Shown here piece by piece: positions 9,285-18,945 of a DNA stretch of 51,836 nt. The stretch comes from Patescibacteria group bacterium (GTDB lineage: Bacteria; Patescibacteriota; Minisyncoccia; Phycocordibacterales; UBA918). Under the pieces are notes generated by a model. That model was not told the DNA's origin and did not search any database. It saw only the letters and a list, made by a program, of their open reading frames with translations. Made by a program: the position numbers and the translations under genes. Within the stretch, counting starts at the first letter, position 1; the number at the start of each line of letters is the position of its first letter. Location of the stretch: the NCBI GenBank assembly GCA_018608435.1, contig JABAZV010000007.1, positions 13,946-65,781 of the forward strand. Direction: 5' to 3'.

Positions 9285-11629
9285 TTAGTTATCTCTTCCT
9301 TGTCTTCACCATGATCAATGGCATATTGTCGGTTTTCATCTAGCTTCTCTTGATACTCGGTCACCAGTGCGTTAGCTTCTTGCTCAGAAATTACACCCTG
9401 CTTGGCAGCGCTTACAAAAGCTTCCATCGCCAAGTGAAAACGATCTACGTGGTTGCGCACCAGCATATCAAACGGGGTAGTAGTAGAACCGCTCTCTTCA
9501 TAACCATGCACATAAAATCGTTTTGGGTTTTGTGCGTAATCAAACAGTACTTGCTTGATAGTTTGCGGATATCCATGGAAATTGATAATTACTGGTTTTT
9601 CCTCAGTAAAGTAATGTTCGAAGTCATGACGCATTACGCTACAAGCCGAATGTCCAATACCCATACCTGAAAGTGATGTAATATTTACAAACCGCAAGCG
9701 CAACTCTGGCACTCGTTTGCGCAAGATACTGATGGCCGCCAGTGCTTCCATAGTTGGATAATCGCCAGCTGCTGCAAAAACGACATGAGGATCTTCATCA
9801 CTGGCAAAATCCCAAATTGATACACCTTCAATCACATCTTGTTTAGCTTCTTCAAGCGTGCGCCAAATTGGGAGCGGTCTCTTAGAAGCAACAATTACAT
9901 TTATTTCTTTTTTTGACGCCATCACGCGGTTGAATACAGCCAAAGAAGTATTAGCATCGGCTGGGAAGTAAACATTGGTGAAACATCCTTGGCGCTGCAG
10001 AATTCCATCAATAAAGCCTGGGTTCTGATGAGAAAAACCATTATGCTCTTGTCGCCATGCTCCTGAAGTTAAGATGTAATTGAGTGACGGAATATCACCG
10101 CGGAATTCAACTTCGCGTGCAATCTTAAGAAATTTAGCGTATTGGTCGGCCATACTAGCCACAATCTGCACGAACGCCTCATATGAGACAAATAATCCAT
10201 GACGTCCTGTAAGCACGTAGCCTTGCAATAAACCCTGCAAGCTGTGTTCTGAAAGCATTTCCAGCACGCGACCATCCCATACCAAATCTTTATCCCACTC
10301 CTTGTGTGGCCAAACAAAAGAACGGCCGGTAATTTCAAATACTGGATGCAGCTTATTGGAATAGGTTTCATCAGGTGACATCAAGCGGACGTTGCGATTA
10401 GCTTCATTAGCCTTCATGATATCGCGCAAGTAGAAACCAATGCGCTCCATGCTGCTCTCTACTCCACAAATCACATTATCTTGACTATCGTTTAGGTCAC
10501 AGGTATTGGGCACAGCGTACTGATCAATGTCTGGCAATATTAAAGGCTTAAAGGCAGGGTCTCCACCATGAGCGTGTGGACTATCCCCCATGCGCCTGCC
10601 CTCGCGCGGAATAAGACTTTGAATGTCATCATCAAATTTTGTGCCGTCAAACAAATCGTGGAATCGATATGATCGCAACCATTCTTCTAGTGCTTTTAGA
10701 TGAGTTTCATCAGTCTTAGCTTTTTCAGCAATTACTTGATGAGAATAATGATTGTCTTCAATCTTCTTTCCATCAAGTGTATCGATGCTACCCCAGCCTT
10801 TTGGTGTGCGCAGCACGATCATCGGGAAACGTGGATTTTCATGGAGAGTTTTTTCTCGTGCACAGTGCTGGGTAAAACGAATGGCTTCAATTGCATCATC
10901 CATGACTTTCATCATGCGCGCGTGCGCGTCCTCCTCAACATAAGCATCAACAAAGTGTGGTTCATAACCATAACCCCAAAATAGTGCACGAAGTTCTTCA
11001 TCGCTCATTCGGCCAGGGAAAGTTGGACCTGAAATCTTATAGCCATTTACATGAAGAATCGGTAATACCGCGCCATTGGTAGCTGGATCAATGAGCTTAT
11101 TAATATGCCATGCGGTGGCAGTCGGACCTGTTTCAAATTCACCATCACCAATCAAGCATGGAACAATCAAATCAGGATTATCCAAAATTGCACCATAGGC
11201 GGTTGAGAGAGCATAACCGAGCTCACCTCCTTCAAGAATTACACCAGGCGCTTCAGGATTGCTATGACTAGGACACCCATAAGGCCAGCTAAACTGCTTC
11301 GTCATATGCGAAATACCAGCTGTTGTTTGAGGAATTTTATCAAAATACTTTGACAAAGTTCCTTCCATAAATAAGTTTGACTGCACAGCAGGGAAACCGT
11401 GTCCAGGGCCAAGCACAAAAAGCATCTTAGCATCATGCGCAATGATGGCACGGTTGAGATGGGCGTAAGTAAAATTAATACCCGGGCAGGTCCCCCAATG
11501 TCCTAACAAACGGGACTTGATATGCTCAGGCTTTAATGGCTCTTCTAATAAAGTATTACTTTGTAAATATATTTGGGTGGCAGATAGATAATTAGCTGCC
11601 TTAATGAACTTATCAAGAACTATACTCAT
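9263..11629 (-). CDS. xfp: Xylulose-5-phosphate/fructose-6-phosphate phosphoketolase
   Basis: LLGHWGTCPG, GPGHG, EGGELGY, ThDP motif GDGEFETG, LSEH, QEHNGFSHQNPG; start placed at ATG 11629 because of the -10 box just upstream. Confidence 0.96.
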   Translation of the reverse strand: MSIVLDKFIKAANYLSATQIYLQSNTLLEEPLKPEHIKSRLLGHWGTCPGINFTYAHLNRAIIAHDAKMLFVLGPGHGFPAVQSNLFMEGTLSKYFDKIPQTTAGISHMTKQFSWPYGCPSHSNPEAPGVILEGGELGYALSTAYGAILDNPDLIVPCLIGDGEFETGPTATAWHINKLIDPATNGAVLPILHVNGYKISGPTFPGRMSDEELRALFWGYGYEPHFVDAYVEEDAHARMMKVMDDAIEAIRFTQHCAREKTLHENPRFPMIVLRTPKGWGSIDTLDGKKIEDNHYSHQVIAEKAKTDETHLKALEEWLRSYRFHDLFDGTKFDDDIQSLIPREGRRMGDSPHAHGGDPAFKPLILPDIDQYAVPNTCDLNDSQDNVICGVESSMERIGFYLRDIMKANEANRNVRLMSPDETYSNKLHPVFEITGRSFVWPHKEWDKDLVWDGRVLEMLSEHSLQGLLQGYVLTGRHGLFVSYEAFVQIVASMADQYAKFLKIAREVEFRGDIPSLNYILTSGAWRQEHNGFSHQNPGFIDGILQRQGCFTNVYFPADANTSLAVFNRVMASKKEINVIVASKRPLPIWRTLEEAKQDVIEGVSIWDFASDEDPHVVFAAAGDYPTMEALAAISILRKRVPELRLRFVNITSLSGMGIGHSACSVMRHDFEHYFTEEKPVIINFHGYPQTIKQVLFDYAQNPKRFYVHGYEESGSTTTPFDMLVRNHVDRFHLAMEAFVSAAKQGVISEQEANALVTEYQEKLDENRQYAIDHGEDKEEITNWTWHRR

Positions 11630-11774
11630 AACTATCATTCTATCAGGTTATGCTTCTCTGTGCTTAACAAGCTGTGATTAGTAAAACACTAACAACAGGA
11701 GAACTAACGAGTGCAGGTTGTATGTTTGAACCAATGCAAAAGCTATAGCTACACACTTTTGTTATAATTCCGGC

Positions 11775-12170
11775 ATGAAACTTCTATCCGATCAGCTCAA
11801 AGTTAAGCGCGGTCTGGCTGGCTTAGGTTTATTCACCAATAAAATTATTGCTCGAGAAGAATACATCCTCGAATACACTGGTGAAGTAATCACTGAAGAA
11901 GAAGCAAATCGCCGCGGCGGAAAGTATCTATTTACTCTGAACGAAAAATACGTGATCGATGGCAAAGGGAGAAGCAATATCGCTCGCTACATAAACCACA
12001 GCTGCAAACCCAACTGCTACGCCGAGCTGAGTCATGATGAGAAACAAGTATTTTTTCGTGCCGAAAGAGAGATTGATAGCGACGAAGAACTTACCTGTGA
12101 TTACGGAGAGGTTTACTTCGAAGATATAATCAAACCCATTGGCTGCCGTTGCTCGGAGTGTTCAAGATAA
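11775..12170 (+). CDS. SET domain protein (lysine methyltransferase) with post-SET cysteines
   Basis: GLGLF, EYTGEVI, RYINHSCKPN, EELTCDYG, CRCSEC. Confidence 0.93.
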   Translation: MKLLSDQLKVKRGLAGLGLFTNKIIAREEYILEYTGEVITEEEANRRGGKYLFTLNEKYVIDGKGRSNIARYINHSCKPNCYAELSHDEKQVFFRAEREIDSDEELTCDYGEVYFEDIIKPIGCRCSECSR

Positions 12171-12199
12171 TTCAACTTCTTTCAAGCGCTAGATAAAAC

Positions 12200-12245
12200 A
12201 AATATAAAAGCCGTGCACTTCCTTAATGCGCGGCTTTTTATATTT
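12200..12245. terminator. Bidirectional terminator
   Basis: aaaagccgtgca...tgcgcggctttt between convergent genes. Confidence 0.65.
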
Positions 12246-13038
12246 GCTCTTCAGCCAAATCTGCACTTTCTTCTACTTCGTCCTCAGGAGGAACATCAGC
12301 TTCGCTTTCTTCAGACTCATTTACTCCAGAGTTTTCTTGAACTTCTTCATCCTCATCAGTTACGTCAGGATCCTCAGCATTAATTTGGTTAGATTCAGAT
12401 TCTAATTCATCACCAATAATCGCTGTAGTCGAAGCGGTCGAAGTAGCTAAAAAATCTAATGTCGAAGTTGCTGTGTTGGTAGCAATCGGTTTTGGCTTTG
12501 GTGGTTCTGGCACGCTGCCGTCTGCATTTCTTGCTGGAATCAGACCACCATCAACTTTCCTCTCGGTAGTATCTTGCACTTCAAGAACATTACCGCCAGA
12601 CAACATATCGTTTTCGCTAGCTTGCCCGTTTCTAATTCGTTCGTTGCGTTCTTCAATAGTTTGGTAAACGTCGATCCGCCCCGGATCAGAAAAGCCAACT
12701 GCTGCAGATGCGCTCGTGCCAGCCAGCAAAAGAATTGTCACGGTTATATAGCGGTTACGCTTACGTTTGAACAGAACCTGATTTGCACCAATTTTAGTTG
12801 GAGCTTTTCTAGCAGCAGCAATGTCTTCACTAGACATTTTTACCTCTTCTTGTTTTTTTACTTCTTTAACGTCAGCTATTTTATCTTCTCTGTCGTCAGC
12901 AACTCTTCTTGCCGGCGCTTTTCTGGCAGCACGTTTAGTGGTTGCTTTCTTTGCAACTTTTCTTGTCGCCCTATTTCTGGCGGTGCGTTTTTTTGGCGCA
13001 GTTTCAGCCTGCGCCTGCTCCTTAGAAGAAACAGACAT
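12238..13038 (-). CDS. Hypothetical single-pass membrane protein with K/R/A-rich N-terminus and acidic C-terminus
   Basis: Basic low-complexity N-terminus, one hydrophobic segment (YITVTILLLAGTSASAAVGF), ATST repeats, D/E tail. Confidence 0.75.
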   Translation of the reverse strand: MSVSSKEQAQAETAPKKRTARNRATRKVAKKATTKRAARKAPARRVADDREDKIADVKEVKKQEEVKMSSEDIAAARKAPTKIGANQVLFKRKRNRYITVTILLLAGTSASAAVGFSDPGRIDVYQTIEERNERIRNGQASENDMLSGGNVLEVQDTTERKVDGGLIPARNADGSVPEPPKPKPIATNTATSTLDFLATSTASTTAIIGDELESESNQINAEDPDVTDEDEEVQENSGVNESEESEADVPPEDEVEESADLAEEQI

Positions 13039-13333
13039 AAATTATACTTGAATTGTAACACTCTGTAGCACAGAACCACAAACAAACCCACAGCTATCTA
13101 CTGAAAAATAAAGGCCGTAAATATTTGTACAAAATCATATTGTTCCGCAGGGCAGCAGTGATACTTGCCACTAATAACAAACACAATGAGACTCAATACT
13201 AACCACTTCTCAAAGCTTGTTTTATGTGCTAAAGTTTTGCTTAATGTTGTATTAAGCCGTATTTTGTTGCTATTTACATTTTTAAACAGCCACGAATACC
13301 AGCCACAACTCTTATCCCATAATCAAAATAACT

Positions 13334-14026
13334 TTGCGACCACCAAACAAACCATATCACCGAAAAGACACCCGAACCAAAATTAATCAGGCAATTCGTG
13401 CGCCTGAACTACGCGTACTTGGTCCGGAAGGTGAAAACCTCGGCACACTCTCTCTCGTCGATGCTCGCAAAGCAGCTGAAAAATTAAAACTCGACCTCAT
13501 CGAGATTTCTCCTAAAGCGAAACCGCCAGTGGCCCGCATTACTGACTTTGGTCAATACCGTTATGAAACAAAGCGTAAAGCAAGCGCCGTCAAAGCCAAA
13601 GCACACGTAACAGAAACAAAAAGCGCCCAAGTAAAGATCGGCACCGGAGAACACGACCAACAACTAAAGGCCAAGCGCATCGCTGGTTGGCTGGAGGAAG
13701 GTCACCGTGTAAAAGTAGATCTGTTTCTCTGGGGACGTTACAAATACATGGAACCAAACTTCCTTAAAGAAAGGCTAGAACGTTTCCTCAAGATAATCCC
13801 TACCGAATACAAGATCGCTGACCCGATTAAGAAGAGTCCTAAAGGGTTTACCTCCACTCTTGAGCGCGGCACCACCGCCAAAAAAACACAAAAGCCAGAA
13901 GTCATAGCTGAAGAAAAACCAGTTGCCAAAGACAAGCAGAAAAAAGATTCTAAAAAGGCTAAAAAAGATGAGAACAAGTCTAAGAAAAAATCTCTAGACG
14001 AGTTGTTAGAAGGAGGAATGGTTTAA
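13334..14026 (+). CDS. infC: Translation initiation factor IF-3 (TTG start, Lys-rich C-terminal extension)
   Basis: INQAIRAPELRV, LDLIEISPKAKPPVARITDFGQYRYE; upstream of rpmI-rplT. Confidence 0.96.
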   Translation: MRPPNKPYHRKDTRTKINQAIRAPELRVLGPEGENLGTLSLVDARKAAEKLKLDLIEISPKAKPPVARITDFGQYRYETKRKASAVKAKAHVTETKSAQVKIGTGEHDQQLKAKRIAGWLEEGHRVKVDLFLWGRYKYMEPNFLKERLERFLKIIPTEYKIADPIKKSPKGFTSTLERGTTAKKTQKPEVIAEEKPVAKDKQKKDSKKAKKDENKSKKKSLDELLEGGMV

Positions 14027-14107
14027 AAACAGTAACTTTAAACGAGCAGGAGCCGTTTATTTTCTTTGGAAACATCGATCAATCAGCCGCAACTCACGAA
14101 AGAACAC

Positions 14108-14136
14108 TGGACTTTTTGCCTCAAATGCGTTATATT
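14108..14136 (+). promoter_or_regulatory. Internal promoter for rpmI-rplT
   Basis: TGGACT-17-TATATT followed by a leader of about 130 nt with hairpins. Confidence 0.5.
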
Positions 14137-14268
14137 TTGCCCACTTTGTCGCGATTCCCAAGCGTCTGAAGCCCGATCAAATACTTAAAACCAAACAAGT
14201 CTAAACTTAGACTTTTTACTGGTAAAATGCACTTCTTTGCAATTTTACAGCTACACTGAATTATTCTT

Positions 14269-14460
14269 ATGAAAACTAACAAATCATTCACTAAGCGGAT
14301 CAAAGTTTCCAAAAACGGAAAACTGATCGCTCGAAAGCCCGGACAAAACCACTTCAACGCAAGACAAAGTGGTCGAGCGCGCTTAGCACGCAAACGAACG
14401 CAGTTGCTCACAATGAGCAAACGAATTACCCGCCGCTTCCTCCCTAAGAGTGGAGCATAA
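14269..14460 (+). CDS. rpmI: 50S ribosomal protein L35
   Basis: MKTNKSFTKRIKVSKNGK...HFN; synteny. Confidence 0.95.
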   Translation: MKTNKSFTKRIKVSKNGKLIARKPGQNHFNARQSGRARLARKRTQLLTMSKRITRRFLPKSGA

Positions 14461-14477
14461 TCACCTAATATAGAAAT

Positions 14478-14825
14478 ATGGCACGTGTAAAAGGAGGTCT
14501 GATGTCGCAAAAGCGACGCCGCAATATTCTTGACGAAGTGAAAGGTTATCGTTTCGCCCGCTCAAAGAAAAAGGCTGCTGCCCGTGAAGCTATTTATCAC
14601 GCACAGCTACATGCATTTGATCATCGCAAAGACAAGAAAGGAGACTTTCGTCGCTTGTGGACAGTTCGCATTAATGCAGCACTCAAGCCACACAGCATCA
14701 AATACAGCCACTTCATTAATATGCTGAATGTTAAAAACATCGAGCTAGATCGCAAAATTCTTGCAACACTCGCTGTCGAAAACCCCGAAGCTTTCAATCG
14801 AGTGGTTGCTGAAGCGAGTAAGTAG
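14478..14825 (+). CDS. rplT: 50S ribosomal protein L20
   Basis: MARVKGG...RKDKKGDFRRLWTVRINAA...LDRKILA. Confidence 0.98.
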   Translation: MARVKGGLMSQKRRRNILDEVKGYRFARSKKKAAAREAIYHAQLHAFDHRKDKKGDFRRLWTVRINAALKPHSIKYSHFINMLNVKNIELDRKILATLAVENPEAFNRVVAEASK

Positions 14826-14835
14826 CTTACTCAAC

Positions 14836-14873
14836 ATAAAAATACCAGTGCTCTAGAGCACTGGTATTTTTAT
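14836..14873. terminator. Bidirectional terminator (perfect 38-bp palindrome)
   Basis: ataaaaataccagtgctctagagcactggtatttttat. Confidence 0.85.
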
Positions 14874-14924
14874 TGAAGTATCTATTAAGAATAAGTTCAG
14901 GAAGAGGAGATTTGTTTATTTCAT

Positions 14925-16292
14925 TTAGAAGTCTATCTCTACCTCCGCGTTCTCTTCAGGTGCGATTGCGTTAATTCCCAAGTAATCACGTAATCTTTGA
15001 GTAAGGAAAAGACTTGCTCGTTCTTCACCCATCGCTACAAAAACTTGCTTTGGTTGATACTCTTGTGTTCCGCCGTAAACCAAATCAATCAGCTGGTTGC
15101 GGTCTGCGTGGCCTGAGTAGCCTCTAATGGTTTCAACCTGAGCCTTTACCGCCACTTGCATGCCATCTATCCATACTTGCTTAGCGCCGTCTTGCAACAA
15201 CCGACCAAGGCTTCCTACTGTTTGATAACCGACCAACAGAAGCGTGGTATTTGTATCACCCAAAAATTTCTTTTCGTGTCGCCGGATACGCCCGCCATGA
15301 CTCATGCCGGCTCCAGCAATAATTATCTTTGCTCCATGCGTACGAGCGATCTGCGATGATTCTTTTACTGTTTCAGTAAAAGATAAACCTTCAAATGAAA
15401 AGATATCGTCACCGGCTTTTATTTGTTCTTGAATTTCAGACTTTAAGTATTCTGGAAAATCACGATATATATCAGTCACCTTGATAGCTAGCGGGGAATC
15501 AAGGAAAGTTTTAATTGGTGGAATTTTACCAGCTTCTACCATGTTATTTATTTCATATAAAATACCTTGCGTTCTTTCAAGAGAGAAAGCAGGAATGATA
15601 AGCGTACCTTCACGTGCAATGGTTGATTCAATATGCTGCTTGAGGATCGCTGTTCGCTCTTCTACTTCTTCATGCACCCGATCACCATAAACACTTTCCA
15701 TGACCAAGTAATCGTATTTCTCTGGGACTTCAGGTGGTGACAAAAGAGGCTGAGGAACATTGCCAATGTCGCCGGTAAATACAATCTTTTTACCGTGACG
15801 AGTAAACTGAACCATGGCCGAACCAAGAATATGCCCTACGTCTGTGAACTCAACCGTGACGTCATCTTCGAGCTTTATGGTTTCGTGGTAACCAGCAGTT
15901 TTCCAGAGGGACAACGCCAAGTCGATATCTTTTTCACTATAAAGAGGCTTACGTCCTTCCTGCTCTGCCTCGCGCTCCATGATGTGAAGAGAATCACCAA
16001 ACATAATGCGCGTGAGCTCTTTGGTTGGCTCGGTTGAATAAATCGTTCCTCTAAAACCATCGCGCACCAACTTTGGAATACGACCAATGTGATCAGCGTG
16101 GGCGTGAGTAACAAACAACACATCTACTTTTGAAGGATCGTAAACAAACGGACGAGCGTTTATTTCGTCAGCATTTTTATCTCCTTGCACTAAGCCGCAG
16201 TCGACCAGCACAGCCAACTTACCTGTATCCAGCATAAAGTTTGCTCCCGTCACCGAACCGACTCCTCCATAAAAACCCAAAGTTGAACTCAT
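14925..16292 (-). CDS. MBL-fold beta-CASP ribonuclease family protein
   Basis: DCG, THAHADHIG, GHILG, FTGD, MESVYGDRVH, YSGHAD. Confidence 0.93.
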   Translation of the reverse strand: MSSTLGFYGGVGSVTGANFMLDTGKLAVLVDCGLVQGDKNADEINARPFVYDPSKVDVLFVTHAHADHIGRIPKLVRDGFRGTIYSTEPTKELTRIMFGDSLHIMEREAEQEGRKPLYSEKDIDLALSLWKTAGYHETIKLEDDVTVEFTDVGHILGSAMVQFTRHGKKIVFTGDIGNVPQPLLSPPEVPEKYDYLVMESVYGDRVHEEVEERTAILKQHIESTIAREGTLIIPAFSLERTQGILYEINNMVEAGKIPPIKTFLDSPLAIKVTDIYRDFPEYLKSEIQEQIKAGDDIFSFEGLSFTETVKESSQIARTHGAKIIIAGAGMSHGGRIRRHEKKFLGDTNTTLLLVGYQTVGSLGRLLQDGAKQVWIDGMQVAVKAQVETIRGYSGHADRNQLIDLVYGGTQEYQPKQVFVAMGEERASLFLTQRLRDYLGINAIAPEENAEVEIDF

Positions 16293-16315
16293 AATGATTG
16301 TTTGTTTTTCTTATG

Positions 16316-16720
16316 TTATCTATCCATTCTAAAGCTTTGCAAAGTGAAGAATGCGAGTAATCCCCCACAGAAGCCAATCAGAACATCTTGCACAGTATCA
16401 ACAATATAGACTCCTTGGCTAAGTACTCCAATAGAGTACTCAAAAACCTCCCACAAGCCCGTAGTGAGAGCCAGAACAATTAGCATAAGCGCAAGACTGG
16501 GGCGTACATTAATTTTCTTGAAGCTAGTCAAAACAAAAAAACTAATTGCAACCAGTATACCTCCCCAGAAATGCATCATAATATCAAACCACCAGTAAAA
16601 CCAATATAGTGACGCGGCCACAGCAAAAGAGTGCACACCAGCAAAAAGGGTTCCGCCTACAAACAATATAATTGGCAGTATTGTTTTATTCACAGTATTC
16701 ATGATAGCAGCGCGTGTCAA
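16316..16720 (-). CDS. Small integral membrane protein (DUF2238/VanZ-like)
   Basis: WWFDIMMHFWGG, LWEVFEY, DTVQDVLIG; 4 TM helices; true start is probably internal. Confidence 0.7.
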   Translation of the reverse strand: MTRAAIMNTVNKTILPIILFVGGTLFAGVHSFAVAASLYWFYWWFDIMMHFWGGILVAISFFVLTSFKKINVRPSLALMLIVLALTTGLWEVFEYSIGVLSQGVYIVDTVQDVLIGFCGGLLAFFTLQSFRMDR

Positions 16721-16807
16721 CTTGAGCTATTGAAACTTATGGTGTAGTGATTAGGAATAGATTAAAAAAACGGAGCATATCTGCCAACAAAGCGAAATTT
16801 TGACAAG

Positions 16808-16839
16808 AAAAAAGCCAGCCCGGAAGGCTGGCTTTTTTA
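16808..16839 (-). terminator. Intrinsic terminator of the ncRNA
   Basis: aaaaaagccagcc-cggaa-ggctggcttttt right after the predicted RNA 3' end. Confidence 0.85.
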
Positions 16840-16841
16840 TA

Positions 16842-16990
16842 GGAACCACAAGCGTATGCTCCTGATATTAATATCAGGTGGGCGCCTTCTCTGTTTAGAT
16901 TATTCGAAATTCCTAAATGATTCTCGGCACCAAACGTGACTTCAGACAGCCCTTACATTACGTAATCGGAACATACGTTATTGTGGCTCC
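16842..16990 (-). ncRNA. ssrS: Probable 6S RNA (rod with central bubble)
   Basis: 5' GGAGCCACAA..CGUAUGUUCC pairs with 3' GGAGCAUACG..UUGUGGUUCC (G-U wobbles only on the minus strand); central bubble; inner stems GGGCUGUCU/AGGCGCCC and GUUUGG/CUAAAC; TG-A-TAACAT box 6 nt upstream and a terminator directly downstream. Confidence 0.8.
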
Positions 16991-17078
16991 TTCATTATGT
17001 TATCACAAAAAATAGAAAAGTGTTGAATAATGTGAGTGGATAGAACTAAAATTAAGCCCAGCTCACAACAGTCACTTA

Positions 17079-17119
17079 AAAATAAAACCGGTACATTAAT
17101 TATGTGCCGGTTTATTTTT
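17079..17119 (-). terminator. ndk terminator
   Basis: aaaataaaaccggtacat...atgtgccggttttatttt. Confidence 0.7.
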
Positions 17120-17121
17120 AC

Positions 17122-17727
17122 CTATTCTCCTTTTCCATCCAAATTTACATCGTACAGAATTCTTTCCTGAGCAGTGGTGTAATCAATTATCTCTTCTTTG
17201 GCGAACCAGATTTTGATTTCTCGCTCAGCTTCTTCTGGTGACTCAGACTGATGAACTAGGTTGCGCACAGCTCGATTTTCGTAAGTTGCGTGTCCGTACG
17301 AATCAACAGTATAGTCACCACGAATTGTTCCAACGTCTGAACTAGAAGGTTCTGTTGAGCCAACTATCTTTGTTACCACTGAAGTAGCTTGGTTACCTTC
17401 GATAACCATCGCCAAAACAGGACCAGCAGTCATATACTTAACCACAGTGCGAATGATGTCTTTCCCATATTCAATCGGTTCTTTTTCAATTTCTATCTCT
17501 TGCCCTTTCAACTCTTCCACGACACCTTCACCTTTCTTTTGGTACCAAGCGTCATCTTTGTTGTAGTGATCAAGAAGCTGAGCTTCTGTTGCTTCAATCA
17601 ACTTAAGAGCGCTTATTTTAAGACCTGTTTGTTCAAATCGCTTGATGATTTCTCCGACAAGACTGCGTTGCACAGCATCTGGCTTAAGTAGCACAAGCGA
17701 CCGTTCTTTGTGATAATTGTTTGACAT
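17122..17727 (-). CDS. ndk: Nucleoside diphosphate kinase
   Basis: ERSLVLLKPDAVQR, GTIRGDY, RNLVH; start placed at MSNNYHK. Confidence 0.95.
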   Translation of the reverse strand: MSNNYHKERSLVLLKPDAVQRSLVGEIIKRFEQTGLKISALKLIEATEAQLLDHYNKDDAWYQKKGEGVVEELKGQEIEIEKEPIEYGKDIIRTVVKYMTAGPVLAMVIEGNQATSVVTKIVGSTEPSSSDVGTIRGDYTVDSYGHATYENRAVRNLVHQSESPEEAEREIKIWFAKEEIIDYTTAQERILYDVNLDGKGE

Positions 17728-17796
17728 AAAAATTAGTATTTGATTACAATGTTTTCGCTGTGAGTATAACAGGACAAACAAAAAAAACAAAGCGCA

Positions 17797-18084
17797 TCAA
17801 TTATTAATCAATGAAAATAATATTAGCAGAATACAGAGAGCTGTTAGAGGAATCATGACATAACAACTAAGTTGTTCAGCATCGCTGTATGCTATCTTTC
17901 TCCGCAAAACAAAATACATGATGATTCGCGACAAAGACAATGGCACTATAAAATATAAAAAACCAATAACAAATGACGCTTCAAAACTCTCAGCATCATC
18001 CATCACTGAAAGAATAGAACTGCCCATAACAAATATGAGGAACAAATTGAGAATCAAACCAACAGCATCTAGAGCTTCTTTCAT
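17797..18084 (-). CDS. Hypothetical 3-TM membrane protein
   Basis: Hydrophobic 95-aa ORF with an extended -10 box 7 nt upstream. Confidence 0.65.
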   Translation of the reverse strand: MKEALDAVGLILNLFLIFVMGSSILSVMDDAESFEASFVIGFLYFIVPLSLSRIIMYFVLRRKIAYSDAEQLSCYVMIPLTALCILLILFSLINN

Positions 18085-18145
18085 ACAATTTATAGTATCA
18101 TATTGCCAAAACGACTGAAGATTCTGTTTTATAATATGTCCTATA

Positions 18146-18925
18146 TCACTTACGAACCTGCGTCAAAATAACTGGACCAGCTTCGGTAATCGCCACGCTA
18201 TGTTCGAAGTGCGCACTCCAGCTGCCATCTTCGGTATAAACACTATAGCCGTCGCCATCGTCATCAAACCACACATCGGAATCACCAATATTAACAATCG
18301 GCTCGATGGCGTATACGTGCCCCACTTCAATCAACGGTCCAGAGCCAGCTTTGCCGTGGTTTGGAATATTAGGTTCTTCGTGCACTGAATAACCAACTCC
18401 ATGACCACACAAAACTTCTACTACAGAAAAGCCTGCTTTCTCTACACATGCCTGCACAGCTGCACTTATATCACCAATATGATTTCCTGGCTTAGCCTGC
18501 TTAATACCGAGAGACAAAGCTTCTTTTGTAACACTCAGTAGTTTGCTTGCTTCTTGGCTTATCTCGCCCACTCCAACCGTAATACCAGAATCAACAACCA
18601 TATTTTTATATGACAAAGACATGTCGATATTGACAGTGTCACCTTCTTTTAGAACAATCTCTTTAGACGGAATGCCATGCTGGACACAATCATTTACCGA
18701 GACACAAATGGCAGCCGGAAAAGGCCTGTCAGTAAATTCCGGATGATAACCCAAAAGCACTGGCACAACATTATACTTTTCGGCTAACTCCATAGCACGA
18801 TCATCAATATCTAAAGTAGTATTGCCAGGGATTGCAACCGTTGCCAATTCCTTGAGGATACCAGCCAGAATACTTCCTGCTTCTTTCAAGATTTCTATTT
18901 CTGTTGTGGTCTTTTTTTGTATCAT
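18146..18925 (-). CDS. map: Methionine aminopeptidase type I
   Basis: CVSVNDCVQHGIP, NIDMS, DSG, GHGVG..HEEP, AIEP, SAHFEH. Confidence 0.97.
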   Translation of the reverse strand: MIQKKTTTEIEILKEAGSILAGILKELATVAIPGNTTLDIDDRAMELAEKYNVVPVLLGYHPEFTDRPFPAAICVSVNDCVQHGIPSKEIVLKEGDTVNIDMSLSYKNMVVDSGITVGVGEISQEASKLLSVTKEALSLGIKQAKPGNHIGDISAAVQACVEKAGFSVVEVLCGHGVGYSVHEEPNIPNHGKAGSGPLIEVGHVYAIEPIVNIGDSDVWFDDDGDGYSVYTEDGSWSAHFEHSVAITEAGPVILTQVRK

Positions 18926-18945
18926 GCTTATAGAGTTTAAAAGAC

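Noticed and set aside
6682-14873. Perfect CTAG-centred palindromes (6682-6717, 14836-14873) as operators or mobile element ends
   Set aside because: Both lie between convergent genes with A/T tails and unrelated arms, as expected for bidirectional terminators
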